From: a virus
Length of the DNA: 64,000 nt
Virus record (IMG/VR): IMGVR_UViG_3300005590_000001
Coordinates: 96,001 to 160,000 of that record
Reading direction: 5' to 3' (one strand)
Part shown: positions 1-9,985 of the stretch, piece after piece
Position numbering within the stretch: position 1 is the first letter of the stretch
Layout of the letters: every line of letters starts with the position of its first letter
The notes under the pieces: model-generated
Databases searched by the model: none
Told to the model about the DNA's origin: nothing
The model's input: only the letters and a program-made list of their open reading frames with translations
Program-made: the position numbers and the translations under genes

Positions 1-930
1 GCATTTGAAGCATTAGCGACGTTAAATCTGAATATGGCAGACTGGGTCTCATGTGTTGGCGGTTCATTCAAAGGAATCGACGGCGATGACGTTTTTCATC
101 ATCACGTCTATCCGAAGGTTCACAACCATTGGCTCTGTGAGTGGGTCACATTCAAAGAGGTGATATCTGCAAATTATTGTGTAAACACAAACACTCAAGG
201 CGATGGTGCCTGTCGATGGTTTGTGTTTTCAGATTGCGATATCACCGGCACGAAGAATGGCATCGACGCCAGTAACTTGCAAAACAGTTACGACGAAGGC
301 GACACGTCCTGGATTCAGGACATGATTGTTCAGGGGTGCGAGTTTCATGATCTGACGGAATCTGGAATTGCGGCATGGAACGTGAAGTCAGTGGATATTA
401 GGCATTGCGTTTTCGCGAACAATGCCTCGCTGAATATCACCATCTCCCGCGTGGCTCTTTGTGATGACCTCCGTGTCCATAATAGCCGATTCTACGGCGA
501 GTTGTGTGCCATTCGGATGTGGCAAGACAACGGGACATTTTTCGGAAACAAAGTACACAATACGGGGTCAACGATCCAGACGGCGATTCAGCACGAATCG
601 GATGAAATGGATATCACGACTTGGGATGCGGATCAAAATACGCTGTGGGCACCGAACAATACTGAAATACTCTACGGACGCGACGGCGAGGGTTACGAGT
701 CATTCGAAGACTGGCAGGCGTATGGCCATGACGCCAACGGGCAAGAGGCGGACCCGTCGTTCGACGATCCCGCGAATGGCGTGCTGGAGTACAACTGGGC
801 AATACCTAGTTATGATAGTTTGCCAGAAGTTTCTGGAGATACGGATGTTGGTTCCATCACTAGATTAGTCGGCTATGATATAGCCGGTAACGTCGCTTTT
901 GATATTAGTTCAACAAATTTATGGTCTTAA
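1..930 (+). CDS. Right-handed parallel beta-helix (pectin-lyase-like) virion protein, 5' truncated
   Basis: Frame is open from base 1. Beta-helix coil repeats (IVQGCEFHD, IRHCVFANN, VHNSRFYG, FFGNKVHN) and a SFEDWQAYGHDANG...ADPSF tail. Confidence 0.7.
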   Translation, partial: AFEALATLNLNMADWVSCVGGSFKGIDGDDVFHHHVYPKVHNHWLCEWVTFKEVISANYCVNTNTQGDGACRWFVFSDCDITGTKNGIDASNLQNSYDEGDTSWIQDMIVQGCEFHDLTESGIAAWNVKSVDIRHCVFANNASLNITISRVALCDDLRVHNSRFYGELCAIRMWQDNGTFFGNKVHNTGSTIQTAIQHESDEMDITTWDADQNTLWAPNNTEILYGRDGEGYESFEDWQAYGHDANGQEADPSFDDPANGVLEYNWAIPSYDSLPEVSGDTDVGSITRLVGYDIAGNVAFDISSTNLWS

Positions 931-942
931 TTGGAGAAAATA

Positions 943-1236
943 ATGGATCTTTTAGATAGTAACGCAACTGGAGCAATTACTGGCTCGTGGATTACAAATC
1001 CATACAAAAAATGTGTATTTTATATAGAGGGAACACCCGGCGGGGCAACATATATTCTACGCTGGAGACCTTCAGATTCTACTGGTAATGGTAATCCAGT
1101 AGTGGTTTATAGTTCTTTTGACACAGATGCAACAACTATTAAGGCTGTGCAAGTAACTGGTGGTTGGTTTCAAGTTGAAGTTTCCGGGGGTTCCGGGGTC
1201 AATGCTATGCCACAAGTTCATCAAAGTGAAGTGTAA
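943..1236 (+). CDS. Small hypothetical structural protein
   Basis: ORF with GGAG at 933-936 before the ATG at 943; beta-strand-rich sequence. Confidence 0.6.
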   Translation: MDLLDSNATGAITGSWITNPYKKCVFYIEGTPGGATYILRWRPSDSTGNGNPVVVYSSFDTDATTIKAVQVTGGWFQVEVSGGSGVNAMPQVHQSEV

Positions 1237-1239
1237 GAT

Positions 1240-1695
1240 ATGTCTACAACCTTCCTAAGTGAAACTATACCGATGTTAAGAGCAAATATCGACGATATGA
1301 ATTCGTGCGATTATGAATATACAGATGAGCGCTTAGCTCAACTATTATTTATATCGGCCGATTACGTAAATATCGATATGTGTTGGTCTTATGACATTTG
1401 TGTATCGGCCCAAACAATATCGCCGAATCCAACTACACCAAATAAAGATGGGAAATTTTTACATTTGGTTGTTTTAAAAGCTTCGCATATTTTCTATAAA
1501 AGTCTGCAAAGTAGTTATTCTGTCGGCGGATTTAAATTGTCAGATGGACCAACTTCTATTGACTTAGGGAGTAACGCTACAAATATTAGGATGGTGGGCG
1601 ATGATTATCTAACACAGTATAATCGGCTGAAACACTCGATAATGTTCTGTAGTGGCGGATACGGCATTATAACTCCATATGGAGGCATTACTTAA
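1240..1695 (+). CDS. Putative head-tail adaptor/connector protein
   Basis: [16 protein letters not shown] helical N-terminus and LSDGPTSID motif; size and position resemble gp15/gp6-type adaptors. Confidence 0.5.
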   Translation: MSTTFLSETIPMLRANIDDMNSCDYEYTDERLAQLLFISADYVNIDMCWSYDICVSAQTISPNPTTPNKDGKFLHLVVLKASHIFYKSLQSSYSVGGFKLSDGPTSIDLGSNATNIRMVGDDYLTQYNRLKHSIMFCSGGYGIITPYGGIT

Positions 1696-3722
1696 TGAAT
1701 AATATTTCAATAGTAGCACCCCGAAGCGTATTCTTATCGGACGGTAATAAAGTATTTATGCCTGATTCGCTAGGAACAGCCGGACAAATTATGGTTTTAT
1801 CATCTGATGGAACCAAATTTGAATTTAGTTCAGGCTCCGGTACAGCTTGGGGTGGAATCACCGGCACACTTTCGAATCAGTCTGATTTACAGACGGAGTT
1901 AGATGGAAAACAGGATGCAGACGCAGACTTAACTGCTCTTGCGGCTTTATCTGGAACAGACACAATTTATTATCGGTCCGGAGCAAATACATGGTCTGCT
2001 GTTACTATTGGATCTGGATTAGATTTTTCTTCTGGTGAGTTGACGGCGACTTTTACGGGCGGGATTACAGACGGCGATACTCTATCTATTGGATTAACAC
2101 TGCCGAATTCCGGCTTACATTTATTGGACACTAATGGGAGTCACGATTTAATTATTTCGCCGGGATCCGACTTAACCGCTGATCGAACACTCTCTATTAT
2201 CACTGGTGATTCTAATCGTAATTTAACACTGACGGGGGATGCAAGCATTTCTGGTACGAATACTGGAGATCAAACTAATGTCAGTGGAAATGCTGGAACT
2301 GTTACACATAATGATTATTCAGGATCAATGTCGACACTATCAATTGTGTTAACTAATGGTTCTGTGGTTGGTACTACTTTATCAGGTCCGACATGGAATG
2401 ATGATTCTGAAGTTTTTGCAATTGTTGGTGATATAACCGTCACTGGCACAGTAGACGGTCGAGATATAGCATCTGATGGAAGTAAATTAGACGGTATAGA
2501 ATCTGGAGCTGACGTAACGGATACAACCAATGTAACTGCTGCTGGGGCCTTAATGGACTCAGAAGTTGACGCCGATATTAAAACTTTAAGTTTACCGGCA
2601 AATACTACAATTTCTACATTTGGTGCAACTTTAATAGATGATGCAGATGCCGCAACTGCAAGATCTACATTAGGTGTAGACGCAGCAGGAACGGATAATA
2701 GCACAGATGTAACTTTAGCTGGAAGTTTAGATTATATAACGATTGCTGGACAAGTCATTACTCGTAATGCTATTGATTTGTCAACTGATGTGACTGGTGA
2801 TTTGCCAGTTACAAATTTGAATGGTGGTACTTCTGCTTCTTCGAGCACATTCTGGAGAGGCGATGGTACTTGGGCAACACCCGGTGGCGGAGGAAACGTA
2901 AGCAATACTGGAACGCCCGTTGATAATCAAATACCTGTTTGGACTTCCTCTACTGTTATTGAAGGTACTGCCGATCTTACTTATGATGGTTCCACATTAG
3001 CTGTCAGTGGAGATATTATATTAAGTGGAACTGTTGATGGGAGAGATATAGCTAGCGACGGCAGCAAACTCGATGGAATTGAAGCTGGTGCTGATATAAC
3101 AGATACAACTAATGTGACTGCAGCTGGCGCTTTAATGGATTCAGAAGTAGATGCTAATATTAAAACATTATCACTTCCGGCGTCTACAACAATTTCTTCT
3201 TTTGGCGCATCTCTTGTGGATGATGCAAATGCCACGGCAGCAAGAACCACCTTGGGTGTCGACGCAGCAGGAACCGATAATTCTACAGATGTCACCCTAG
3301 CGGGCACGCCGGACTACATTACTATTGCTGGACAGGTCATAACTAGGAATCAAATAAATCTTACTGATGATATTACCGGCGCATTTTCGGTGCCGTCAGA
3401 AGTGCACCATGTTAATACTAGCCAAACTCCATCCGGTACTACTGTTACTATCAATTGGACGACCAGTACATTTCAAACTTTAAATTTAGGAAGTGCTAGT
3501 GGTGATGTTACAATTTCATTTACTGATCCGTCAGGTCCTGCTCGCTTATCTATTAAATTAGTACAAGGGGCGACTGCACGAGATTTGACATGGCCCGCAG
3601 CTGTTAAGTGGGATGACGATGGTGAGATAACATGGAATTCTGACACTAGTAAGACTCGTATTTTATCATTCTTATTTGATGGAACTAATTATTTTGGCAT
3701 TCCATCTTCAACTTTTACATAA
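1695..3722 (+). CDS. Fibre-like virion protein with internal duplication
   Basis: G/T/S/D-rich. [34 protein letters not shown] and TFWRGDGTW fibre motifs; C-terminal [16 protein letters not shown] domain. Confidence 0.7.
   Translation: MNNISIVAPRSVFLSDGNKVFMPDSLGTAGQIMVLSSDGTKFEFSSGSGTAWGGITGTLSNQSDLQTELDGKQDADADLTALAALSGTDTIYYRSGANTWSAVTIGSGLDFSSGELTATFTGGITDGDTLSIGLTLPNSGLHLLDTNGSHDLIISPGSDLTADRTLSIITGDSNRNLTLTGDASISGTNTGDQTNVSGNAGTVTHNDYSGSMSTLSIVLTNGSVVGTTLSGPTWNDDSEVFAIVGDITVTGTVDGRDIASDGSKLDGIESGADVTDTTNVTAAGALMDSEVDADIKTLSLPANTTISTFGATLIDDADAATARSTLGVDAAGTDNSTDVTLAGSLDYITIAGQVITRNAIDLSTDVTGDLPVTNLNGGTSASSSTFWRGDGTWATPGGGGNVSNTGTPVDNQIPVWTSSTVIEGTADLTYDGSTLAVSGDIILSGTVDGRDIASDGSKLDGIEAGADITDTTNVTAAGALMDSEVDANIKTLSLPASTTISSFGASLVDDANATAARTTLGVDAAGTDNSTDVTLAGTPDYITIAGQVITRNQINLTDDITGAFSVPSEVHHVNTSQTPSGTTVTINWTTSTFQTLNLGSASGDVTISFTDPSGPARLSIKLVQGATARDLTWPAAVKWDDDGEITWNSDTSKTRILSFLFDGTNYFGIPSSTFT
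2427..3380 (+). repeat. Two 372-bp (124-aa) in-frame repeats, 2427-2798 and 3009-3380
   Basis: Manual alignment: ungapped, about 21 differences in 124 aa. Confidence 0.95.
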
Positions 3723-3736
3723 TATAGGAAACTTAA

Positions 3737-4357
3737 ATGGCTATTACAAGTCCAGAAGCAATAAAATTTTCAAATGAACAATTCCGCCCAGCCGCCGATA
3801 GATTGGCGCGTTGCTATTTTAAGGGCGTCGAATTAAGATCACATTGGTTGGCACTTGGTGGTACCAATGATGAAAAATATGCATTACTTCAAGATAAAGT
3901 AGAGCGCGTTGCAACATTATTTTCAGTAACTCGTGAGTTTATTTTCCGTGCTGATCGTATATGGAATTCTGACGCAATGCAGACTCTCATTCCAAATGAT
4001 GCAAATGAAGAATTGTGGGATGATCCAAGTGGTGGTCAACAAGATCCATATCGCCCACCTGTAAATGGTCAGGATTTACGACGCCTCAAGGCAAGGATGG
4101 AAGAGTTTAACAATTGGTTAGATCGTGGTACAGATGCAGATAAGCATTTTGTTAATGACGCATCTGCTATATTGCCAATTACTTATGGATATCTTGATGA
4201 CGTGTTCCGCGTTTCTCAATTTACTTCCAATAACGCTAATGGTAATCAAGCGGGTCGCTTTGCTTCGTTACGATGTGGAGATTTTGAGACTGAATTCACC
4301 GGGGCAAAACTCAATCATGTTCTTACTGTTGCTGTAAATCCTGAAAGGGCTAGATAA
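3737..4357 (+). CDS. Hypothetical virion-associated protein
   Basis: ORF with AGGA RBS in the structural block. Confidence 0.55.
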   Translation: MAITSPEAIKFSNEQFRPAADRLARCYFKGVELRSHWLALGGTNDEKYALLQDKVERVATLFSVTREFIFRADRIWNSDAMQTLIPNDANEELWDDPSGGQQDPYRPPVNGQDLRRLKARMEEFNNWLDRGTDADKHFVNDASAILPITYGYLDDVFRVSQFTSNNANGNQAGRFASLRCGDFETEFTGAKLNHVLTVAVNPERAR

Positions 4358-4359
4358 TT

Positions 4360-6474
4360 ATGGCCAATCCTGTCATTATTTATAATGCTAGTAGTGGAAG
4401 TGACACTGCCGCTTCAGGTGCCGGTCCAGCCACTGCCATAACTGGAAGCGGTGCTGCACACACTAATGGAACTTCTAGTACTACCATTACATTAACAAAT
4501 TCTCCTGACTTATCAGGAGTTGCTGCGGATGACATTCTCTGGCTGAACACGTCCAGCGGTTCTCGGCACCTCACAAAGATCACTGCTGTGGACGACGGAG
4601 CAGACACCGTCACAGTTGAAGATAGCTTCAACATCGGTTCCGGTTCTGCCGTCGACTATGCCATCGGTGGTAAGCGTCAGACGATTCAGAACGACGGATC
4701 AAACCCTGACCTCGAAGACGCGAAAGCAGGGTGGATCTTTGAACTGGAAGCTGGCACGTACAACATCTCGCAAGAGACGGACATATCAGCCGGTGACGAC
4801 ACGACTGGTCCTGTGGTTGTTCGTAATGCAGATGGAGCGGAGCCACTACTTAGAGCAAGCGGCACAACTGACTTACTGAATATCACTGGTGTTGTTGTTC
4901 TTCAGGGTCTTGACATAAAGGGGTCGGCATGGCGGCACGGGGTTGAGTTCAGTTCTGGAAGTGTAGGCAGAATCTATAAGTGCAAATTTCGATGTGCAGG
5001 GAGCCTGAACTTTCCGCTTAAAAACGCTGGCACCAATGCCTCGATGCTGATTGAAGACTGTTACTTCATCGACGAAGGTAGTGGTGCTGCAAGCTCTGGT
5101 TTGTTTGCGTCATCAGCAGCTAGAACAGACTTGGTCTTCCGTCGTTGCTATTTTGAAGATGGACTGTACGCAATTGACGCGGGTGGGGGGACAACTGACA
5201 GGAACTCACTTGTCATTGACCGTTGCATCTTTAACAACCAGACGACTGCCGCTATCAACGCAGATGCAACGTCGTTGTATCTTTGCTCCATCACAAACAA
5301 TGTGTTCTACAGTTCTGCCGCACAGGCTGTCATTCTGACTGGAGCCACGAATGCTGAGCAGTTCATAAATATCTTCGGAAACATCTTCAGTGAAATTGGT
5401 ACATACGGGGTTGACTATACTCCGGGTGCAGACGTTGCTGACGGGACAATCTATAACGACTGGAATGCTTTCTACAATATGACTTCCGGTAACTATACGG
5501 GAGTCAATGCTGGCGACAATGATATCTCTCTGACTACTGATCCCTTTGAGAGTTCAGGTGGTGGAGATTTTCGCCTAAATAATAATGCTGGTGGAGGATT
5601 GTTATGCCGTGGTGTTCTACCTGATGGTCCGCAAACTGGAATAGGTAGTCCCGGAACTCATGGCGACTTGGGTATATATCAACATCAACAAGATTTATTA
5701 GAAGGTGCCGACGTCACTGATAATTTAGTGGGACATTGGGAACCATCGATCGATGACGCTGGCAATGGTACTACAACATTAACTGATGAAACGGGATCAA
5801 ATAATGGTACGCTCACAAATATGGATGCTGGTGCCGATTGGGTCACAGATACTGGAGTTGGTGGTGTTCGGGCGATTGATTTCAACGAGACTGATAGTTT
5901 AGTTGAAATTGGAGATGCTGACGCATTTACTTTCGGAGATGGATCATCAGATAATCCCTTTTCTATCTCTATGTGGGTATATGCCCGTAGTACAACATCA
6001 GGATATCTAATTTCAAAATGGGACAGTACAAACGGAAGAGAATACTTTGTCGGTTTTTCAAGCGGACAATTACTTTTCCGTATTTATGATCACAGTAATG
6101 GAAAGTTTATTGGACGTGGATATGCAAGTTTTCCATCAGATGTTTGGGTTCATGTTTGCGCGTGTTATACCGGAAGTGGATCTGAGGCTGGTGTAGCTAT
6201 TTATATCAACGGGATTGCGGGATCTAATAGTTCGTCTGATGCAGCAAGTTATGTTGCTATGGAAAATGGTACCGCTACACTTTGTATTGGTAACCGAGAA
6301 AATGAAGGAGCGCCATTAGATGGTCTTGTTGATTCGGTTCGTTTATATTCGACAGCTTTATCTGCAGATGAAAGATTTATTTTAGGAGCGTCGAGACCCG
6401 GGAGAGAGTCTCCTACGGTCACAACAACAACATCATTACTACTTCCATATGGTTCTAGGATGAGTATTTTATAG
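4360..6474 (+). CDS. Beta-helix plus LamG/concanavalin-A-like domain protein (putative receptor-binding)
   Basis: Coil repeats (IEDCYF, FRRCYF, IDRCIF, ITNNVF, IFGNIF), then LVGHW...FSISMWV...WVHVC...IYING...GLVDSVRLYSTALS typical of LamG_3. Confidence 0.8.
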   Translation: MANPVIIYNASSGSDTAASGAGPATAITGSGAAHTNGTSSTTITLTNSPDLSGVAADDILWLNTSSGSRHLTKITAVDDGADTVTVEDSFNIGSGSAVDYAIGGKRQTIQNDGSNPDLEDAKAGWIFELEAGTYNISQETDISAGDDTTGPVVVRNADGAEPLLRASGTTDLLNITGVVVLQGLDIKGSAWRHGVEFSSGSVGRIYKCKFRCAGSLNFPLKNAGTNASMLIEDCYFIDEGSGAASSGLFASSAARTDLVFRRCYFEDGLYAIDAGGGTTDRNSLVIDRCIFNNQTTAAINADATSLYLCSITNNVFYSSAAQAVILTGATNAEQFINIFGNIFSEIGTYGVDYTPGADVADGTIYNDWNAFYNMTSGNYTGVNAGDNDISLTTDPFESSGGGDFRLNNNAGGGLLCRGVLPDGPQTGIGSPGTHGDLGIYQHQQDLLEGADVTDNLVGHWEPSIDDAGNGTTTLTDETGSNNGTLTNMDAGADWVTDTGVGGVRAIDFNETDSLVEIGDADAFTFGDGSSDNPFSISMWVYARSTTSGYLISKWDSTNGREYFVGFSSGQLLFRIYDHSNGKFIGRGYASFPSDVWVHVCACYTGSGSEAGVAIYINGIAGSNSSSDAASYVAMENGTATLCIGNRENEGAPLDGLVDSVRLYSTALSADERFILGASRPGRESPTVTTTTSLLLPYGSRMSIL

Positions 6475-6482
6475 GATTACAA

Positions 6483-7112
6483 ATGGCAATTTACAAAAAT
6501 CAATCAAGTCAAAAACTACCGGTTTATGCTTACAATATAGCGTCTACTGGTGCTGAATCTGGAGACGCTTCGAACATTACAGCGCAAATTAGTATTGACG
6601 GCGGATCTTCTTCTGCTACAAATGATACAAATCCGACTGAGTTGGATGCGGCAAATCATAAAGGCATTTATATTTTTGATTTAACACAAGCAGAAACCAA
6701 CGGCGATTTACTTATCGTTAACGCCAGTTCGAGCACGGCAAATGTAGTTATTGAACCGGTAAGTGTATTTACTGCACCCGGAAGCAATTCTGGATATGAT
6801 GCAAATGTTGTAAGTATCAATGATAATACGGCAGCAGCTGTACGACTGGCTTTATCAGCTGGACAAATTATACCGGGTACTGTTACTGATGTTGGATTCA
6901 CTACTACAACAACTGAGTTTGAAGCTGAAGATATTTCTGAAGCAACTAATGATCATTATAATAATCGTACTGTATTATTCACCACTGGCTCATTGACTGG
7001 TCAAGTTGCTTCCATTAATGATTATTCTTTAGAGGGTGGTTATGGTCATTTTACAACCTCTGCAGTAATGACAGATGTCCCAGCAAGTGGCGATACCTTT
7101 CTATTAATATAA
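6483..7112 (+). CDS. Hypothetical structural protein
   Basis: ORF in virion block; T/S/D-rich beta protein. Confidence 0.55.
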   Translation: MAIYKNQSSQKLPVYAYNIASTGAESGDASNITAQISIDGGSSSATNDTNPTELDAANHKGIYIFDLTQAETNGDLLIVNASSSTANVVIEPVSVFTAPGSNSGYDANVVSINDNTAAAVRLALSAGQIIPGTVTDVGFTTTTTEFEAEDISEATNDHYNNRTVLFTTGSLTGQVASINDYSLEGGYGHFTTSAVMTDVPASGDTFLLI

Positions 7113-7252
7113 TGTCTATTACACGTCTAGGTTTAACAGGAACTCCAACTACAGCATACCCTGCTGAAACACCAGCATTGGGTAGGCGTAAAATTATGCT
7201 ATATGCTTTTGAATTCCTTATCGGATTTATTTTTTATTCAGGATTACTATAA
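7112..7252 (+). CDS. 46-aa small protein with hydrophobic C-terminus (not in ORF track)
   Basis: MSITRLGLTGTPTTAYPAETPALGRRKIMLYAFEFLIGFIFYSGLL*; TAATG stop/start overlaps at both ends. Confidence 0.75.
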   Translation: MSITRLGLTGTPTTAYPAETPALGRRKIMLYAFEFLIGFIFYSGLL

Positions 7253-7980
7253 TGTCACTATTTATAAGCGCAGCATTAGATGAAGGTTTAAATTCACCAG
7301 AAGTAAAAGTTTATAACTTCGGCGGCTTGTCTGTGCTTGAAACAACAACTCTTACAGAATACGTTAGCCGTTCTGGATACTATCATGGATCTCTTTCTGG
7401 AGATTATTCTGGATACTATGAAGTCACTATTTGTCTTAGCGGTTCTGTGTATGCTAACAGTTATATTGACGCATATACTGACGCTACCGGAGTTGTTATC
7501 GGCGATCCACGAATTTATGATGATGACATCGCACTAATTAATGGTAGACTTGATGGTGTCCCCACAACTACCACTGTGATTAGCGGATCAGACGTTGCCA
7601 TTACTGGTTTTCCAACATGTTTCATTAAAGGAAACTCATATGTTGATGAACTCAACACGAATATTCAACAGTATGTCTATAGCAATCTTGGTGTAGCAAT
7701 GTCTGGTTTTGGCGTATATTCTTTTGCCACAGCAGATTTAAGTTTTACAGGCACTTCCCAGTCAAACGATTCCGTAGACTTTATGGTACGTTATGTTGAT
7801 CCATCTGGTGCAGATCCTTACTTTAATATAGAATTACCAGCGGCGAGTTCAAGTGATGTGATTATGGGTCTTGAATATAAAGGTGCGTTAGGATTGAGTT
7901 GGAATTCTGGAGATATTTATAAGAAGTTACCAACTGTAGAATTTTACTTTGATGAGGATTGTGTTTGTAATGCAAATTAA
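7252..7980 (+). CDS. Hypothetical Ser-Gly-rich structural protein
   Basis: Translationally coupled ORF; 8 SG dipeptides in 242 aa. Confidence 0.55.
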   Translation: MSLFISAALDEGLNSPEVKVYNFGGLSVLETTTLTEYVSRSGYYHGSLSGDYSGYYEVTICLSGSVYANSYIDAYTDATGVVIGDPRIYDDDIALINGRLDGVPTTTTVISGSDVAITGFPTCFIKGNSYVDELNTNIQQYVYSNLGVAMSGFGVYSFATADLSFTGTSQSNDSVDFMVRYVDPSGADPYFNIELPAASSSDVIMGLEYKGALGLSWNSGDIYKKLPTVEFYFDEDCVCNAN

Positions 7981-8458
7981 TTTTGATAAAATAATAGAGC
8001 GTTATAATAATATTGCTGATCAGTTTTTAGATTCAGATGTTATCGGCGTCGATGCTACGTTGTATTATCCGCCAACTTTTGAAGCTTGCGAAAACTGCGA
8101 TGGATCACAATACGGCAATCATTATAAAAGTGGTGGCCCAATACCGTTTAATCATGGTAGTTGCCCAATGTGTGGTGGAACGTGTCAAAAAGAAATAGAG
8201 TTTACAGAAATTATACGTGTACGCGCGTACTCGCCGAATACTACAGATTTTAGTTCTAGATCTTTTAAAAAAATTGGTATTAGTATTGATGTCCCAAATG
8301 CAGAATTATTTACTATTTTCTATTTAGCGGATTCTGACAAAATTAAACTTTGTAACTATGCTAAAATAATGGGTCAGAGATATTCTCCAATTACTTTACC
8401 ACAACCGCATGGATTTGGCAAAGCGAGATATGCTTTTTGTTTTTGGAAGATGGTTTAA
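7970..8458 (+). CDS. Putative head-closure protein with CxxC...CxxC insert
   Basis: Position before tail genes; CENC and CPMC motifs; C-terminal PHGFG..RY....W. Confidence 0.45.
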   Translation: MQINFDKIIERYNNIADQFLDSDVIGVDATLYYPPTFEACENCDGSQYGNHYKSGGPIPFNHGSCPMCGGTCQKEIEFTEIIRVRAYSPNTTDFSSRSFKKIGISIDVPNAELFTIFYLADSDKIKLCNYAKIMGQRYSPITLPQPHGFGKARYAFCFWKMV

Positions 8459-9075
8459 TGAAACTTATCAAAATAAAAGATAGCGCGCCGAGTATTCAAA
8501 GTAAATTAGAAAATGCTTTTATAAAGAAATATAAAACATCTTTAGGAAAGAATTTTGAAAAACGAGCGGGCGAAATATTAAATAGATTACATGATTTTTT
8601 AGCTGAAAAGTTTCGTGAAACAGATACTTATCGTAGCTTAATTTCTGGTAAGTTAAGAGCCGATTTTGGTTTTAGTGATGAATATTTATCTAGTATAGAT
8701 GAAGCAATTGATTACATGTTGGAATTAGGTATCGAATTTGAAATTAAAAATAAAAAGATAATTCTATTGGTAAACTTTTTACCAAATACAGACAATATTC
8801 ATTATTATAATAGTAACGGAAATAGAATTGATTGGTTAGATTGGTTGCTTTACTCCGGTACGGACGAGGTCGTCTCAAATTACAGAGTAAGCTACAGAGA
8901 GAACAAAGGGCGAAGTCACATGGCAATTATGATAGGCCCAAATGATGAATTTAGTTTCCAAGTTGATCCTGATTTTGCCGGAGTAGAAAATGATAATTGG
9001 ATCAGCAAAACATTAAAAAATAACATTGAACCCATTAAACGTTTCTTAATAAAGGAATTACATAATGTCGCTTAA
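8458..9075 (+). CDS. Putative neck/tail-completion protein
   Basis: Synteny; WLDWLL and DNWI motifs. Confidence 0.4.
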   Translation: MKLIKIKDSAPSIQSKLENAFIKKYKTSLGKNFEKRAGEILNRLHDFLAEKFRETDTYRSLISGKLRADFGFSDEYLSSIDEAIDYMLELGIEFEIKNKKIILLVNFLPNTDNIHYYNSNGNRIDWLDWLLYSGTDEVVSNYRVSYRENKGRSHMAIMIGPNDEFSFQVDPDFAGVENDNWISKTLKNNIEPIKRFLIKELHNVA

Positions 9076-9937
9076 TAAAGTTAATCAACTCAGTAAAATG
9101 ATGCCCTCTGAGAAATTAAAAATTAATCTTATTTCTCTATTAGATTGGGGTTTCGTTGATAAAGGCGGCTATAATAACGTTGATTTAAACGCCACTGGCT
9201 GTTATGTAGACAATCGATCCGTCTTACATAAAGTTGTAGATCGCGGAAATACTTACTGGCAAGGAATTGAAAATTGGGTTTATGAAAGCGGAATGGAATA
9301 CGGCCCCAGTAATTCGCCGCCGTTAATCTACGTGAATGACACGCTAGATCCAACTGCCACGGTGAACTATAGAGACGGCCGAGTATCTGTTTCTTCTGTA
9401 AGTTCCCCGAGTAGCGTTAAAGCACAATATTCGTATAAGTGGGTCAATTTTACCGCTTCAAGAAATCAGCATAATAGACGTATGGTAGAGTACCGGAAGC
9501 ATTTACAGGAAGATTCTAAATTGAATCCAGAAGTGAGACTCCCTTTACCAACAGTGGCTTTTGATGTGCCGTCCATTAAATTGTCTAAACCATATGGTTT
9601 GGGCTATATGGCCCCGTCGTTTCATTATCATGATATTACGGCCCATGTTTTTGGAGAATCGGCAGAAGAAGTCGTGCGTATCCAAGATATTATAGCTAAA
9701 CAAAAAGGCTTTATTTTTGATACTTTTGATCCACAGCTCGTTAGTGATTCTGGAGATTATCCTCTAAATATGAATGGTACCTTAAATTCGGGTAAAAATC
9801 ATTCTGAATTAGCAGCTTTATATCCGTGGTCACAGATTCAGTTTGAAGAAATTGAGTGTGTTTTTGGGGATTATATCCACCAACATATTTATGAAGGTCG
9901 GATAAAAATACGCACAAAAATTGTAGTTTGTTTCTAA
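9065..9937 (+). CDS. Putative tail terminator protein
   Basis: Directly upstream of the tail tube; LPTVAFD...PYGLG...DITAHVFGE alpha/beta pattern. Confidence 0.45.
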   Translation: MSLNKVNQLSKMMPSEKLKINLISLLDWGFVDKGGYNNVDLNATGCYVDNRSVLHKVVDRGNTYWQGIENWVYESGMEYGPSNSPPLIYVNDTLDPTATVNYRDGRVSVSSVSSPSSVKAQYSYKWVNFTASRNQHNRRMVEYRKHLQEDSKLNPEVRLPLPTVAFDVPSIKLSKPYGLGYMAPSFHYHDITAHVFGESAEEVVRIQDIIAKQKGFIFDTFDPQLVSDSGDYPLNMNGTLNSGKNHSELAALYPWSQIQFEEIECVFGDYIHQHIYEGRIKIRTKIVVCF

Positions 9938-9985
9938 AATGTGTAATATAATTAGAAGATTCTTTATATAAAGAGGTAAATCAAT
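9938..9985 (+). promoter_or_regulatory. AT-rich intergenic region with possible late promoter (GTGTAATATAAT) and strong RBS (AAGAGGT)
   Basis: One of the few intergenic gaps; TATAAT at about 9947-9952 and GAGG upstream of the ATG at 9986. Confidence 0.4.

Noticed and set aside
2427-3380. Repeat pair as a DGR template/variable region
   Set aside because: Both copies are in-frame in one gene, differences are not adenine-specific, and no reverse transcriptase is present.
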